Virus record (IMG/VR): IMGVR_UViG_3300036861_000232
Location: 188-64,187 of that record
Source: a virus
Taxonomy: Duplodnaviria > Caudoviricetes
Reading direction: 5' to 3' (one strand)
Length of the DNA stretch: 64,000 nt
Positions within the stretch are counted from its first letter, which is position 1; each line of letters begins with the position of its first letter. The position numbers were made by a program, and so were the translations under genes. The notes below the pieces were generated by a model. That model was not told the DNA's origin. It worked only from the letters and a program-made list of their open reading frames with translations, and did no database searches. Shown here piece after piece: positions 26,582 to 35,848 of the stretch.

Positions 26582-28360
26582 ATGTCCCGAACCCTCCGAG
26601 CCTCAAGATACCTGAGGCAAGGCAATGCCTCGCTCGCCCGCTTCATTACCGACAACTTATGGGATCTGGACCTCGACGAAACCTTAGACTATTACAAGTG
26701 GCTGGGGGCGAACCGAAACACGAGGGATGCCGACCGCGCGCTCCTCGCCTGTAACGACCGCTTCTACCTACTCACTCAGTTATGCGGGCGCAAGGACGCC
26801 ATCCATCCTTGGGTATTCGCCCGCTGCCGTGAGGTGGAGACCGAACCTGATGGCTTCCTAGACCTCTGGGCTCGTGGTCATTACAAGTCCAGCCTGATTA
26901 CCTTTGCTGGCGTCCTGCAGGAAGCCCTCGTCGACCCTGAGATCACGGTCGGCATCTTTAGCTTCAACAAGGATTCCGCGACAAAGTTCCTGCGGCAACT
27001 CAAGGATGAGATTGAGCAGAATGAGACGCTCCGGCGCATCTTCAAGGATGTGCTGTGGGAGCGCCCCAAAGTCGACAGCCCGAAATGGTCGGAAGCCGAC
27101 GGCCTGACCTTTCGGCGCAAGGGCAACCCCAAGGAGTCGACCATCTCCGCTTGGGGCCTGATCGACGCCATGCCGACGGGCTCCCACTTCCGCCTGATGG
27201 TCTATGACGATGTCATCGAGCAGAAGCACGTCACCAATGAGGAGATGGTCAAGAAGGCCACCGACCGCTGGGAATTGTCCAACAACCTCGGGGTCGGCGA
27301 GAAGACGCGGCGCTGGCACATCGGCACCCGCTACACCTTCGCCGACACCTATGGCGTGTTGCTCGAGCGCAAGATACTCAAGGCCCGCGTCTATCCGGCA
27401 ACCAGCAACGGGCTGTTGACCGGCAAGCCGGTGCTCTTCTCGGAAGATCATTGGGCGCATGTGAAGATCAATCAGCGGTCAACCTGTCCGGCGCAGATGC
27501 TGCAGAACCCGGTGGCCGGCTCGGAAGCCACTTTCAACGTCGCGTGGTTCCGGCCGTATGAGCTGATCCCGTCGGCAATGAACGTCTACATCATGGGCGA
27601 TCCGGCCGCCGGTCCCTCGGCCAAGCATGACCGCACCGCGATCGCCGTCATCGGCATCGATCCGCAGAACAACAAGTATCTCCTGGATGGCGTCCGTCAC
27701 CGGATGAAGCAGTCGGAACGGTGGAAATGGCTGCGAAGGCTCTACGTCAAATGGCGTGAGTTCCCCGGCGTGCAAACCTTACGCGTTGGCTGGGAGCGCT
27801 ACGGCCTGCAATCCGACCTCGAATATTTCGAGGAGAAGATGCGCGAGGAGAAGGACGAAAAGCGCCGCTTCGTCATCGACGAGATCGCCTGGCCGAGAGA
27901 AGGCGAGCATTCCAAGAACGCACGCATCGGCCGGCTGCAGCCCGATATGGAGGGCTCGAAGTTCTATCTCTCCTGGTATGTGTTTCACGAGACCCACGGT
28001 GAATGCTCGTGGAAGATCGAGCCGCAGTCTAACGTCCCTATCGTGTTCAACCCGGCTCGTGTCGAGAACGCACCCAAGCGCGAGAACGCACCCGTCGACG
28101 GCATGTGGCTGACCAAGAAGCAGCGCGCTGCGATTACCGTCGGCAAGCCGTGGCAGGTGCCGGAAGCGATCAAGCGGGTGGATGAGCAGGGGGCGATCTA
28201 CGATGTGACCCGCTGCGCTTTTGAGGAAATGCGGTTTCATCCTTTTGGAACGAAGGATGACTTCATTGATGCAATGTCGCGGCTCTACGACATGGAGCCC
28301 AGCCCCGCAGTGCAACTCGACCAAGTTAATCCAGAGTTTCCAAGTTACCCCGATGCGTGA
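26582..28360 (+). CDS. terL: Terminase large subunit
   Basis: Walker A-like ARGHYKSS, Walker B MVYDD, IGTRY coupling motif, nuclease GDPA...D and KDDFIDA. Start position uncertain. Confidence 0.9.
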   Translation: MSRTLRASRYLRQGNASLARFITDNLWDLDLDETLDYYKWLGANRNTRDADRALLACNDRFYLLTQLCGRKDAIHPWVFARCREVETEPDGFLDLWARGHYKSSLITFAGVLQEALVDPEITVGIFSFNKDSATKFLRQLKDEIEQNETLRRIFKDVLWERPKVDSPKWSEADGLTFRRKGNPKESTISAWGLIDAMPTGSHFRLMVYDDVIEQKHVTNEEMVKKATDRWELSNNLGVGEKTRRWHIGTRYTFADTYGVLLERKILKARVYPATSNGLLTGKPVLFSEDHWAHVKINQRSTCPAQMLQNPVAGSEATFNVAWFRPYELIPSAMNVYIMGDPAAGPSAKHDRTAIAVIGIDPQNNKYLLDGVRHRMKQSERWKWLRRLYVKWREFPGVQTLRVGWERYGLQSDLEYFEEKMREEKDEKRRFVIDEIAWPREGEHSKNARIGRLQPDMEGSKFYLSWYVFHETHGECSWKIEPQSNVPIVFNPARVENAPKRENAPVDGMWLTKKQRAAITVGKPWQVPEAIKRVDEQGAIYDVTRCAFEEMRFHPFGTKDDFIDAMSRLYDMEPSPAVQLDQVNPEFPSYPDA

Positions 28361-28612
28361 AGTAGTTTTCTGCGAGCAATCCGGTCGAATAACCGACAAC
28401 CGAGGTATGTCCCTCTAGGCCAATCAGTGCGGTCGGGATCGGTGCGCTCGCATCAGTTTCATGGGGCCGATGAGATCAGGCTTCCCCTCCCTGAGCTTTG
28501 CGTTCCGCTGTCGCCCCGAGCAGCACCGCGCACTCGTCGGTCCCACCCGTTTTTTGAAACGCTAAGCCGCCCGGCGGAAATGGGCGCATCCCCTGACAAA
28601 GGAAGTGTAATC

Positions 28613-29518
28613 ATGCCCATTCGTGTCTCTGAAAAAATCGTCTTTGATCCCGACACCGCCGACGAACGTACTATGTCAGCGGCCGAACTCGGCGTCCTCG
28701 ACGGCGTCACCGCTGGCACCGTCACCGCCAGCCGCGCCGTGGTGGTCGATGCCAACAAGCGCATCGATACTCTGGTCATTGCCGATAGTGGGCTGAAGCT
28801 TGGCGCGGCTGGCGGCACCGCCGTCACGTCTACCGCCGCCGAACTTAATTTGCTTGATGGTTCCGTGGCTGGCACTGCGGTTGCCAGCAAGGCGGCAGTG
28901 CTCGGCACGAACAAGAATCTTGATGTGCTTGCGATCGCCGATGGCGGGCTTGCTCTCGGTGCCGGTGCCGGCACTGCGGTGACCGCGACTGCGGCGGAGT
29001 TGAATAGGCTTGATGACAGCCTTGCTACGAATCTTTTGACTCGTGGTGCAGGTGTGGACACGGCTGAGTCTTACGCTGTTGGTGTCAGGCGTAGCGGAAC
29101 TTTGATTGTGACTGAGATCATTGTTGATATCAGCACCCTCGTTGGTTCGACGACTGATCTAGATATCATCGGTGAGTCAGCAGCAGCTGATTGTCATTGG
29201 GGTCAAATAACTATCGCTAAAAATGGAACTTTGATTGGAGGTAGCGTGACTTGCTTGGAAGTTCCCGCAGGCGGTGTGACCGACATCGACTTCTACTCGG
29301 CTACGGTTAGCACGGGTACTGAGAACGTTGATGTGACGACCTTGACCGAGACGGCCCTCGTCACCTCAGGCGGTGTTTGGACGAGTGGTGCGGTCAAGGG
29401 CATGACGACTGTCCCGCCCGCGAATGATTACCTCTACATCGTCAATGGTGCCGCCGGCGTACCCGGCACATTCTCTGCCGGCAAGTTCCTGATCACGCTG
29501 TACGGATTGGGCGCTTAA
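28613..29518 (+). CDS. Ala/Thr/Gly-rich virion decoration or fibre-like protein
   Basis: Repeated (S/T)AAEL..LD units and beta-rich composition. Confidence 0.6.
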   Translation: MPIRVSEKIVFDPDTADERTMSAAELGVLDGVTAGTVTASRAVVVDANKRIDTLVIADSGLKLGAAGGTAVTSTAAELNLLDGSVAGTAVASKAAVLGTNKNLDVLAIADGGLALGAGAGTAVTATAAELNRLDDSLATNLLTRGAGVDTAESYAVGVRRSGTLIVTEIIVDISTLVGSTTDLDIIGESAAADCHWGQITIAKNGTLIGGSVTCLEVPAGGVTDIDFYSATVSTGTENVDVTTLTETALVTSGGVWTSGAVKGMTTVPPANDYLYIVNGAAGVPGTFSAGKFLITLYGLGA

Positions 29519-29946
29519 GCGGTCCCGCCATGACCTATCAGAAGCCGCGGACCCGCGAAACGACCCTGCGCCACGAGGTACTTAAGGCCGACGATGAATT
29601 CATCAAGGAAAGCCTCAATCCGGTCGAGTACGAATTCTCTTCCAAGCACGGCAAGCGGCTGTTCCGCGGCTTCTATCGCAATCGCGGAAATTACGCGGAT
29701 GACTAATGTTGTCGGCCTGCGCGGAAGGGAAGTTGTCGACCCGCGTAAGCCACACCCTGATGTCATCGGCATAGCCAAGGAGTTCCTCGAATTTGCAACC
29801 AGCGGCGAGATAACTAGCGTCGCCATTATCTTTGAATTCCACGATGGCTCGACGGGTGCCCGCCGCGGCGGCACACCATCCTACTTACTGCTCGGTCGCC
29901 TCGCTGGTGAGTTGGAATATCTGGCTAAACACTTAAGGGAAAACCC

Positions 29947-30405
29947 ATGAACGCACCGCTCATCGGCACGCGGCTGAACTTTGCTACGCCTGCGATCAGA
30001 AAGCAGAGAGGGCCGCAGACGACCATGCGCCGCGCCTATACCGCGCAAGGGATCGGCGGTCATGACGACCAGCGGTTCTACAAGGCCGACCAAGTGCTTG
30101 CCGACGCCATCTACGCGGGGCTGAATTTCCATTATCCCGACCAGCTGTGGCGGGTCGAAGTTTCCCACAAGCAGGGCGTGGCGCTGATCCGGTTAATGGG
30201 GCTGTCCGATATGCCCTATGTGCTGAAGATCGAGGATTTGAAAGTTCTGTCCAGGGGCAAGCAGGAAGTCATGCGCGCCGGCGGCACGCTCTTGGAGCGG
30301 TTTGGCATGCCGCGTTCCGGCTTCAAGATGGCCGAGTTCAATAACGCGGTGAGGAAATTCAAGCCCTACCTCAACCGCCGCCGCAACATTCTCACTTATA
30401 CCTGA
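29947..30405 (+). CDS. Conserved phage protein
   Basis: L..HYP...W.V...VMRAGG.LLERFG..R. Confidence 0.6.
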   Translation: MNAPLIGTRLNFATPAIRKQRGPQTTMRRAYTAQGIGGHDDQRFYKADQVLADAIYAGLNFHYPDQLWRVEVSHKQGVALIRLMGLSDMPYVLKIEDLKVLSRGKQEVMRAGGTLLERFGMPRSGFKMAEFNNAVRKFKPYLNRRRNILTYT

Positions 30406-30838
30406 GAGGACACCATGCCGAAGGGCTCCATATACGGCGTTAAGAAGAAGGATCGGAAGACTTACACAGGTCCTGCGTCTAACACCCGGAACATGACGCA
30501 CTCCACAGTCATCAGCGATCCTGACGATTACAAAGAGCCGCGCAAGACCAAGAGTGGCTATCGCTTTGACCGCAAGTCGAGCCCGCAAGCCATCTCCGTC
30601 GCCTCTCGTCGGAAGTGGGATGACGATTAGCGATGAGCAATAAGATCGAGAACATGATCGATGATCTAGCGGCCCGTTTCATTGAGGCGACTGGCGACGA
30701 TGCGCCTCCGCCGGAATTTGCCAAGATCAAAGAGGCCTACCGCAAACTCAAGGGCGAATCGCAGGCGCGTCATTGTGGAGGCGTGGGCTAGTGGGCGCTC
30801 CGGTCGACGAGTTCGACACCTCCAGCAACAAGCGGACG

Positions 30839-33460
30839 ATGGGCGACAGCAAGCGCCCGAAGAACCGCGGCATCGAGGTTGAGGCGGAGCAGAAGTTCGC
30901 CCCGCATGAGCCTGGAACGACCGAGCGCCTGCCCAAGGACGGTGAGCCGACGCCGCCCGACAATATCGCCATGCTGGTTAAATCCGCCTACACGCAGGGC
31001 ATCAATTACCAGCAGAACGTCCTGCAGCCGAAATGGCGAGCCTCGGCTGCCTCCTACAACAACCAGCACTTTACGGGGTCCAAGTATCTCTCCCCGCGCT
31101 ATCGCGGCCGCACCCATCTGTTCCGCCCCAAGACCCGCTCGGCGATTAGACGCAAGTCGGCGGAAGCGGCGATGAGCCTGTTCCAGACCAATGACGTGGT
31201 CATCGTTTCGCCCGGCAACGAGGCCGATGAGGCGCAGCGGGCTTCCGCCGCGATCAACAAGGAACTGTTGAACTACCGGCTGACCGTGGCGTCGGAGAAT
31301 GTCGGCATCCCGTGGTTTCTCGTTTCCATGGGCGCGCATCAGACGGCGCAAATCTACGGTGTCGTCACCTCCAAGCAACGGTGGGAGTACAAGGAAAAAA
31401 TCCTCCACTACGAGGAGGTCACCTATTCCGACGGCTCAACCGAGATGCAGCCGGTCACCCAGATCGTGCGCGACCGGCCGTGGGTCGATCTTTATGCCCC
31501 TGAAGATGTCATCCGCGATCCCGGCGCCAACTGGCTCAACCAAGCGCAGGACAGTGCCTACTTCATCCTGAAGAATTCAATGACCCTGTCGGATGCGCGG
31601 GTGTTCCTGCAGCAGATCGACAAAGACGGCCAGCCGATGTTCGATGAGGTTAGCGAGGAGGAACTCGCTGCTGCCGCCGGCGTGCGTTCTGGCCAGGCTG
31701 ACTCCACAGACGGCGTCAGGCGGGCGCGCGAGACGACCGGCTACGACCGTTTGCACGACGCCAATGCCGACCGCGAGTTTATGACCGTGTGGCTGCATGA
31801 GAATTTCATGCGCATCGACGGCGAGGACTGGAACTTCTGGACCTTGGGTGTCGACAAGGTGATCTCGCCCATCAGGCTCGTTGCCAAGGTCTATCCGGAA
31901 CAGGGCGGGGCACGACCGATCACGGTTGGCGTCGGCGCGCTCGATGCCTTCAAGATCGATCCGATGTCGGCGGTCGAGGCATGGTCGCCGGTACAGCAGG
32001 AAATCAACGATGTCGTGAACCTGCGGCTTGAGGTGATGAAGCAGACGGTTAGCCCCGTGACCAAGGTCAGGCGCGGTCGGCAGATCAGCCTCAAGGAGGT
32101 GCAGAACCGCTCGCCGGATTCGGTCATTTACGTCGACGACATGAAGGATGTCGAGTTTGACCGCCCTGGTTCGGTCGGCCAGGAAGCCTTCATCGAGATG
32201 GAGCGGCTCAACACCGACTTCGATGAGCTCGCCGGCACTTTCTCCGTCGGCTCAGTGCAGTCGAACGGGCTGATCCACAAGACCGCGACCGGAATACAGG
32301 CTGTCTCCGGCTCAGCCAATGCCATGGGCGAGTTCGATCTGAGAGTATGGGTCGAGACCTGGGCCGAGGATTGTCTCCGCCAGGTGATGAAGCTGGAGCA
32401 GTATTACGAGGCCGACGAACGGGTGCTGGCGATTGCCGGCGACAAGGCCAAGCTGCGGCAGAAGTTCAACACCGACAAGATCACCGATGCGCTGTTAACG
32501 CAACAGGTCACGTTACGGATCAACATCGGCATCGGCGCTTCCGACCCGATGGTCAGGCTGCAGAAGCTCGGCGGCGCCCTGGAGATGCTGACCAAGGTCG
32601 CGCCGACGGCGCTGCAAAGACTCAGGCAAGACCCGCTGATCGAAGAGATATTCGGCGTGGCGGGGTACAAGGATGCGGTCGATCGCTTTTTTTATCCCGG
32701 TGACGACCACGATCCCAGAATTCAGGACATGGGCCAGCAGCTGCAGCAGCTTGAGGGCCAGCTTCAGGATAAGCAGGCCGACCGCGACAACAAGGTGCAG
32801 ATCGCCCAGATTGGTGCGGTCAAGGATGTGGTTAACACGCATCTGCAGCACCGGCAGAACTTGGTCGAGAAGCGCGCCGACTTCGCGATGGGCGAGGCGG
32901 GTGCCATGCGCGAGCACGCGCAAGAGCAGGAAAATACCGAGGGCGAGCGCAATTTCCAGCGTGAGCAGGGCGAGACCGAGCATGCCCGCCAAGTCGATAT
33001 GAAGGGCAAGGACGCCCAGGTGCAGGATTATATGGCCAAGAGCCAAGGCGAGCGGCGGGAGGCTTCAGAGCAGCGCCAATTGGTCGCCAAGACGGCAGGC
33101 GGTGTGCCCGCCAAGAGCAACAGCAAGCCGCCAGGCGGCGATGTTGCCGATCTCCGGCAACTCCTCGGACTTGGCGGCGGCAATGATGATCAGCTTGTGC
33201 AAACCATCATGCAGGGCTTCCAGCAGCTCGCCGAGATGCAGATGCGCAACGACCGGATGATGATGCAGGCGATGGCGAAGATCGCCGAGGGCATTGGGTC
33301 AACGGCGGAAGCGGTCGACGCATCGAACCGCGAGATTACTGGGGCCGTCAATCGCATGGGCCGCGAGGTCGTGCAGGCGGTCAAGAACAAGCCAAAAGCC
33401 GTGTTCGACTTCGAGCGCGGGGCGGACGGCTTTACCAAGCGCGTCAGGCAGGTGAATTAG
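30839..33460 (+). CDS. Portal protein with long C-terminal coiled-coil extension
   Basis: Position after TerL; FRPKTRS, Q.EIN...N.R and KTATG motifs; Gln-rich tail. Confidence 0.85.
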   Translation: MGDSKRPKNRGIEVEAEQKFAPHEPGTTERLPKDGEPTPPDNIAMLVKSAYTQGINYQQNVLQPKWRASAASYNNQHFTGSKYLSPRYRGRTHLFRPKTRSAIRRKSAEAAMSLFQTNDVVIVSPGNEADEAQRASAAINKELLNYRLTVASENVGIPWFLVSMGAHQTAQIYGVVTSKQRWEYKEKILHYEEVTYSDGSTEMQPVTQIVRDRPWVDLYAPEDVIRDPGANWLNQAQDSAYFILKNSMTLSDARVFLQQIDKDGQPMFDEVSEEELAAAAGVRSGQADSTDGVRRARETTGYDRLHDANADREFMTVWLHENFMRIDGEDWNFWTLGVDKVISPIRLVAKVYPEQGGARPITVGVGALDAFKIDPMSAVEAWSPVQQEINDVVNLRLEVMKQTVSPVTKVRRGRQISLKEVQNRSPDSVIYVDDMKDVEFDRPGSVGQEAFIEMERLNTDFDELAGTFSVGSVQSNGLIHKTATGIQAVSGSANAMGEFDLRVWVETWAEDCLRQVMKLEQYYEADERVLAIAGDKAKLRQKFNTDKITDALLTQQVTLRINIGIGASDPMVRLQKLGGALEMLTKVAPTALQRLRQDPLIEEIFGVAGYKDAVDRFFYPGDDHDPRIQDMGQQLQQLEGQLQDKQADRDNKVQIAQIGAVKDVVNTHLQHRQNLVEKRADFAMGEAGAMREHAQEQENTEGERNFQREQGETEHARQVDMKGKDAQVQDYMAKSQGERREASEQRQLVAKTAGGVPAKSNSKPPGGDVADLRQLLGLGGGNDDQLVQTIMQGFQQLAEMQMRNDRMMMQAMAKIAEGIGSTAEAVDASNREITGAVNRMGREVVQAVKNKPKAVFDFERGADGFTKRVRQVN

Positions 33461-33541
33461 CCGCGTATCGCGCCGTCTCGTTGTCCGGCCTCCGCAACCG
33501 GATAGTACGTCAACCTTGCGGATCAACTTGGAGAGAACTAA

Positions 33542-34015
33542 ATGTCTAAATATGCAATCAGCAACGGCAATGCCGGTACGCAGCAGGCGCTTACCACCAC
33601 TTACAAGACCCTGCTCGACATAACTGCGGCGACCGGCGCAACCACACTTCGTCGTGCGTGGATTTATGACATGATGTTCGGCGCCGATGGTACGGCGGCC
33701 GATAACGTGGTCGTCTACAAGGCGGATCGGCAGACGAGCACCGGCACGCGAACCGCCGCGACGCCGCCGCCGCTCGATTCCGGCGATGCTGCTGCGCTGA
33801 TCACCGTTGGCGTCAATACGACGATCGAGGGGATTATTACCGCCGCAACACAGCTTGTCGAAATCGCGGTCAACCAGCGCGCTTCCTATCGCTGGGTGGC
33901 AGCGCCCGGCGGCGAACTCGTGGTTCCTGCGACCAACGTTGCTGGTATCGGCCTGCGCGCCAAGTCACCGGCCTACACCGGCACGGCAGTCGCCACAGCG
34001 CATCTGATCGAGTAG
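33542..34015 (+). CDS. Probable virion structural protein
   Basis: Ala/Thr-rich beta protein with GGAG RBS. Confidence 0.5.
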   Translation: MSKYAISNGNAGTQQALTTTYKTLLDITAATGATTLRRAWIYDMMFGADGTAADNVVVYKADRQTSTGTRTAATPPPLDSGDAAALITVGVNTTIEGIITAATQLVEIAVNQRASYRWVAAPGGELVVPATNVAGIGLRAKSPAYTGTAVATAHLIE

Positions 34016-34048
34016 TCGTCGATCGAGCGTTATCGCGGCACCCTGGAG

Positions 34049-34492
34049 TTGTTGGCTGCGGTCGATGTCGCCGCCATGGCAGCGTGGATCGCGGCAATCC
34101 CGCTCGAGGTATGGCCGCAGCAAAGCCTGCGTCGGTTGAAGCCGGCGATGGTCACGGACAGATCATGGTTTGGCTTTGGCTCTCAAGCGGCGCCCGTTGT
34201 CGCCGAAGTCATGAGCTATTTCCCCGGCTGTCGTGACGATCAGTGGACGCTGTCGGCAGTCCTGCCGGGTGACGCAATCGAGCCGCATGTCGATCATCAG
34301 GGGCCGCACTGGCTCTGCCGCATTCACGTGCCGCTGATGACCAATCCGCAGTCGCGGTTCATCGTCGGCGGCAAGGCGCATTGCATGGAGGTCAGTCAAG
34401 CCTATCGGGTCAATACAGAAGCCACTCATTCCGTCGAGAACGATGGCGAGGGAGCGCGGGTGCATTTCATGGTGGACGTGCTGTGGCCATGA
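34049..34492 (+). CDS. Asp/Asn beta-hydroxylase-like 2OG-Fe(II) oxygenase 1
   Basis: PG..I.PHVD...RIHVPL.TN...HSV.N.G...RVH...D. Confidence 0.85.
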   Translation: MLAAVDVAAMAAWIAAIPLEVWPQQSLRRLKPAMVTDRSWFGFGSQAAPVVAEVMSYFPGCRDDQWTLSAVLPGDAIEPHVDHQGPHWLCRIHVPLMTNPQSRFIVGGKAHCMEVSQAYRVNTEATHSVENDGEGARVHFMVDVLWP

Positions 34493-34917
34493 AGGCGATC
34501 AGCAAATTTGCCCGCGTTGATGTATCAGCCCTTGCCGCTCAGATTGAGGCTATCCCGATCTCCGAATGGCCCAAGATGGTCGATCCGGATAGTCTCGGCC
34601 TTGGGGATGCCGTGCGTGCTGTGGCCGTTGTGCTCAAGAGCCACTTTCCCGGCTGTATTTACTCCGGCATCGGCCTGTTCCTGTTGGTACCCGGCCAGGC
34701 GCATCCGGCCCATACCGATGTGCAACCGCCGGAATGGGTAACGCGGGTGCATGTGCCGGTGATCACCAATGACAAGGCAACGGCCACGACCGATGACGGC
34801 ACGATTCACATGCGCGCTGGTGTTGCCTATCGCTTCGACACCCGCCGGATGCATGCCGTTCGCAATGACGGTGATGCGCCGCGAGTCCATCTGGTCTTTG
34901 ATATGAGGAAAGCATGA
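34489..34917 (+). CDS. Asp/Asn beta-hydroxylase-like 2OG-Fe(II) oxygenase 2
   Basis: PG....AHTD...RVHVPV.TN...HAV.N.G...RVHLVFD. Confidence 0.85.
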   Translation: MKAISKFARVDVSALAAQIEAIPISEWPKMVDPDSLGLGDAVRAVAVVLKSHFPGCIYSGIGLFLLVPGQAHPAHTDVQPPEWVTRVHVPVITNDKATATTDDGTIHMRAGVAYRFDTRRMHAVRNDGDAPRVHLVFDMRKA

Positions 34918-35342
34918 CCGATCCCAAAGAGGTGCGCGCATGGCGCGATGCCCATCATAACCTTGAGGTGCCCGATACGGCATTGGCAACGATGGCGCCG
35001 TTCGCCTCGCTCTATGCGGTCGATTTCATCACTTATCTGGAAAGCAAGGCGGTCGATCCGGCCGCTGCCGACTTCCTGCGCTCGCTCTTGCGCGAGTTAG
35101 TGTGGGCTTACGACAATTGGGCCAAGGCGCAACATGACGGCGATGCGCCGCGTCTGCTTCAGGACATGCTGAACAGCGCCGCTGGCCCCGGCGAGGCCGA
35201 TAGCCATTATGGTCCGATCAAGCGATTCATCACCGATTACGCCGCAGCGAACGGTATCGTTCTCAAAGCGCCCGGCGCCGCGCAACCCGTATGGGCCGAT
35301 GCGCTGCTCGATGGAAAGGCTTACGATGCTCCTCAAGCGTGA
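34914..35342 (+). CDS. Hypothetical protein
   Basis: ATGA-coupled ORF. Confidence 0.6.
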   Translation: MTDPKEVRAWRDAHHNLEVPDTALATMAPFASLYAVDFITYLESKAVDPAAADFLRSLLRELVWAYDNWAKAQHDGDAPRLLQDMLNSAAGPGEADSHYGPIKRFITDYAAANGIVLKAPGAAQPVWADALLDGKAYDAPQA

Positions 35343-35613
35343 TCGCCCTAGGGCGCAGGGCTACGCCTACCTGACCGAGATCGCGACCGGCAGAATCGTC
35401 GCCCAGACCGACACTTATACATGCGCGCATGAGTGCGGCGGGATCATCCATGCGCCGGTCAATCGCAAGTTCGAAGAGGTGGCTGACTTCTGTCGCTGCT
35501 GTATGCAGGTCATTTGCGCGCGCTGCGCCGATAAGCGAGTCTGTTCACCACTGATGAAGAAGATTGAGGCGATGGAAGAGGCTTATCACGCCCGGCGGTC
35601 TTACGGTGTTTGA
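35326..35613 (+). CDS. Cys-rich Zn-finger protein
   Basis: CAHEC...CRCC...CARC...C. Confidence 0.65.
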   Translation: MLLKRDRPRAQGYAYLTEIATGRIVAQTDTYTCAHECGGIIHAPVNRKFEEVADFCRCCMQVICARCADKRVCSPLMKKIEAMEEAYHARRSYGV

Positions 35614-35668
35614 CTGACATGGCGCTCGTTGATGATATTGCCGTTGCGCGCGCGGCTTGGGAAATCCG

Positions 35669-35845
35669 ATGAATTGGCAGCCGATCAAGAATTTGCCTCT
35701 TGATGGATCAAGGGTGCTGTTTTGGTCTAAGGGCTTTTTCTGGGCCGGTGTGGCAACCGAGGAAATGGTTATGCGTGGCACACGCTGGAATTATCAATTC
35801 TGGCAGCCAACGCATTGGATGGTGCCTGACCCGCCGCAGGGCTGA
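35669..35845 (+). CDS. DUF551-like protein
   Basis: WQPI...P.DG...PTHWM.P.PP. Confidence 0.7.
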   Translation: MNWQPIKNLPLDGSRVLFWSKGFFWAGVATEEMVMRGTRWNYQFWQPTHWMVPDPPQG

Positions 35846-35848
35846 TCC

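Noticed and set aside
8464-35845. Three dispersed DUF551-like paralogs
   Set aside because: This is a common multi-copy phage family and the copies share no special context.
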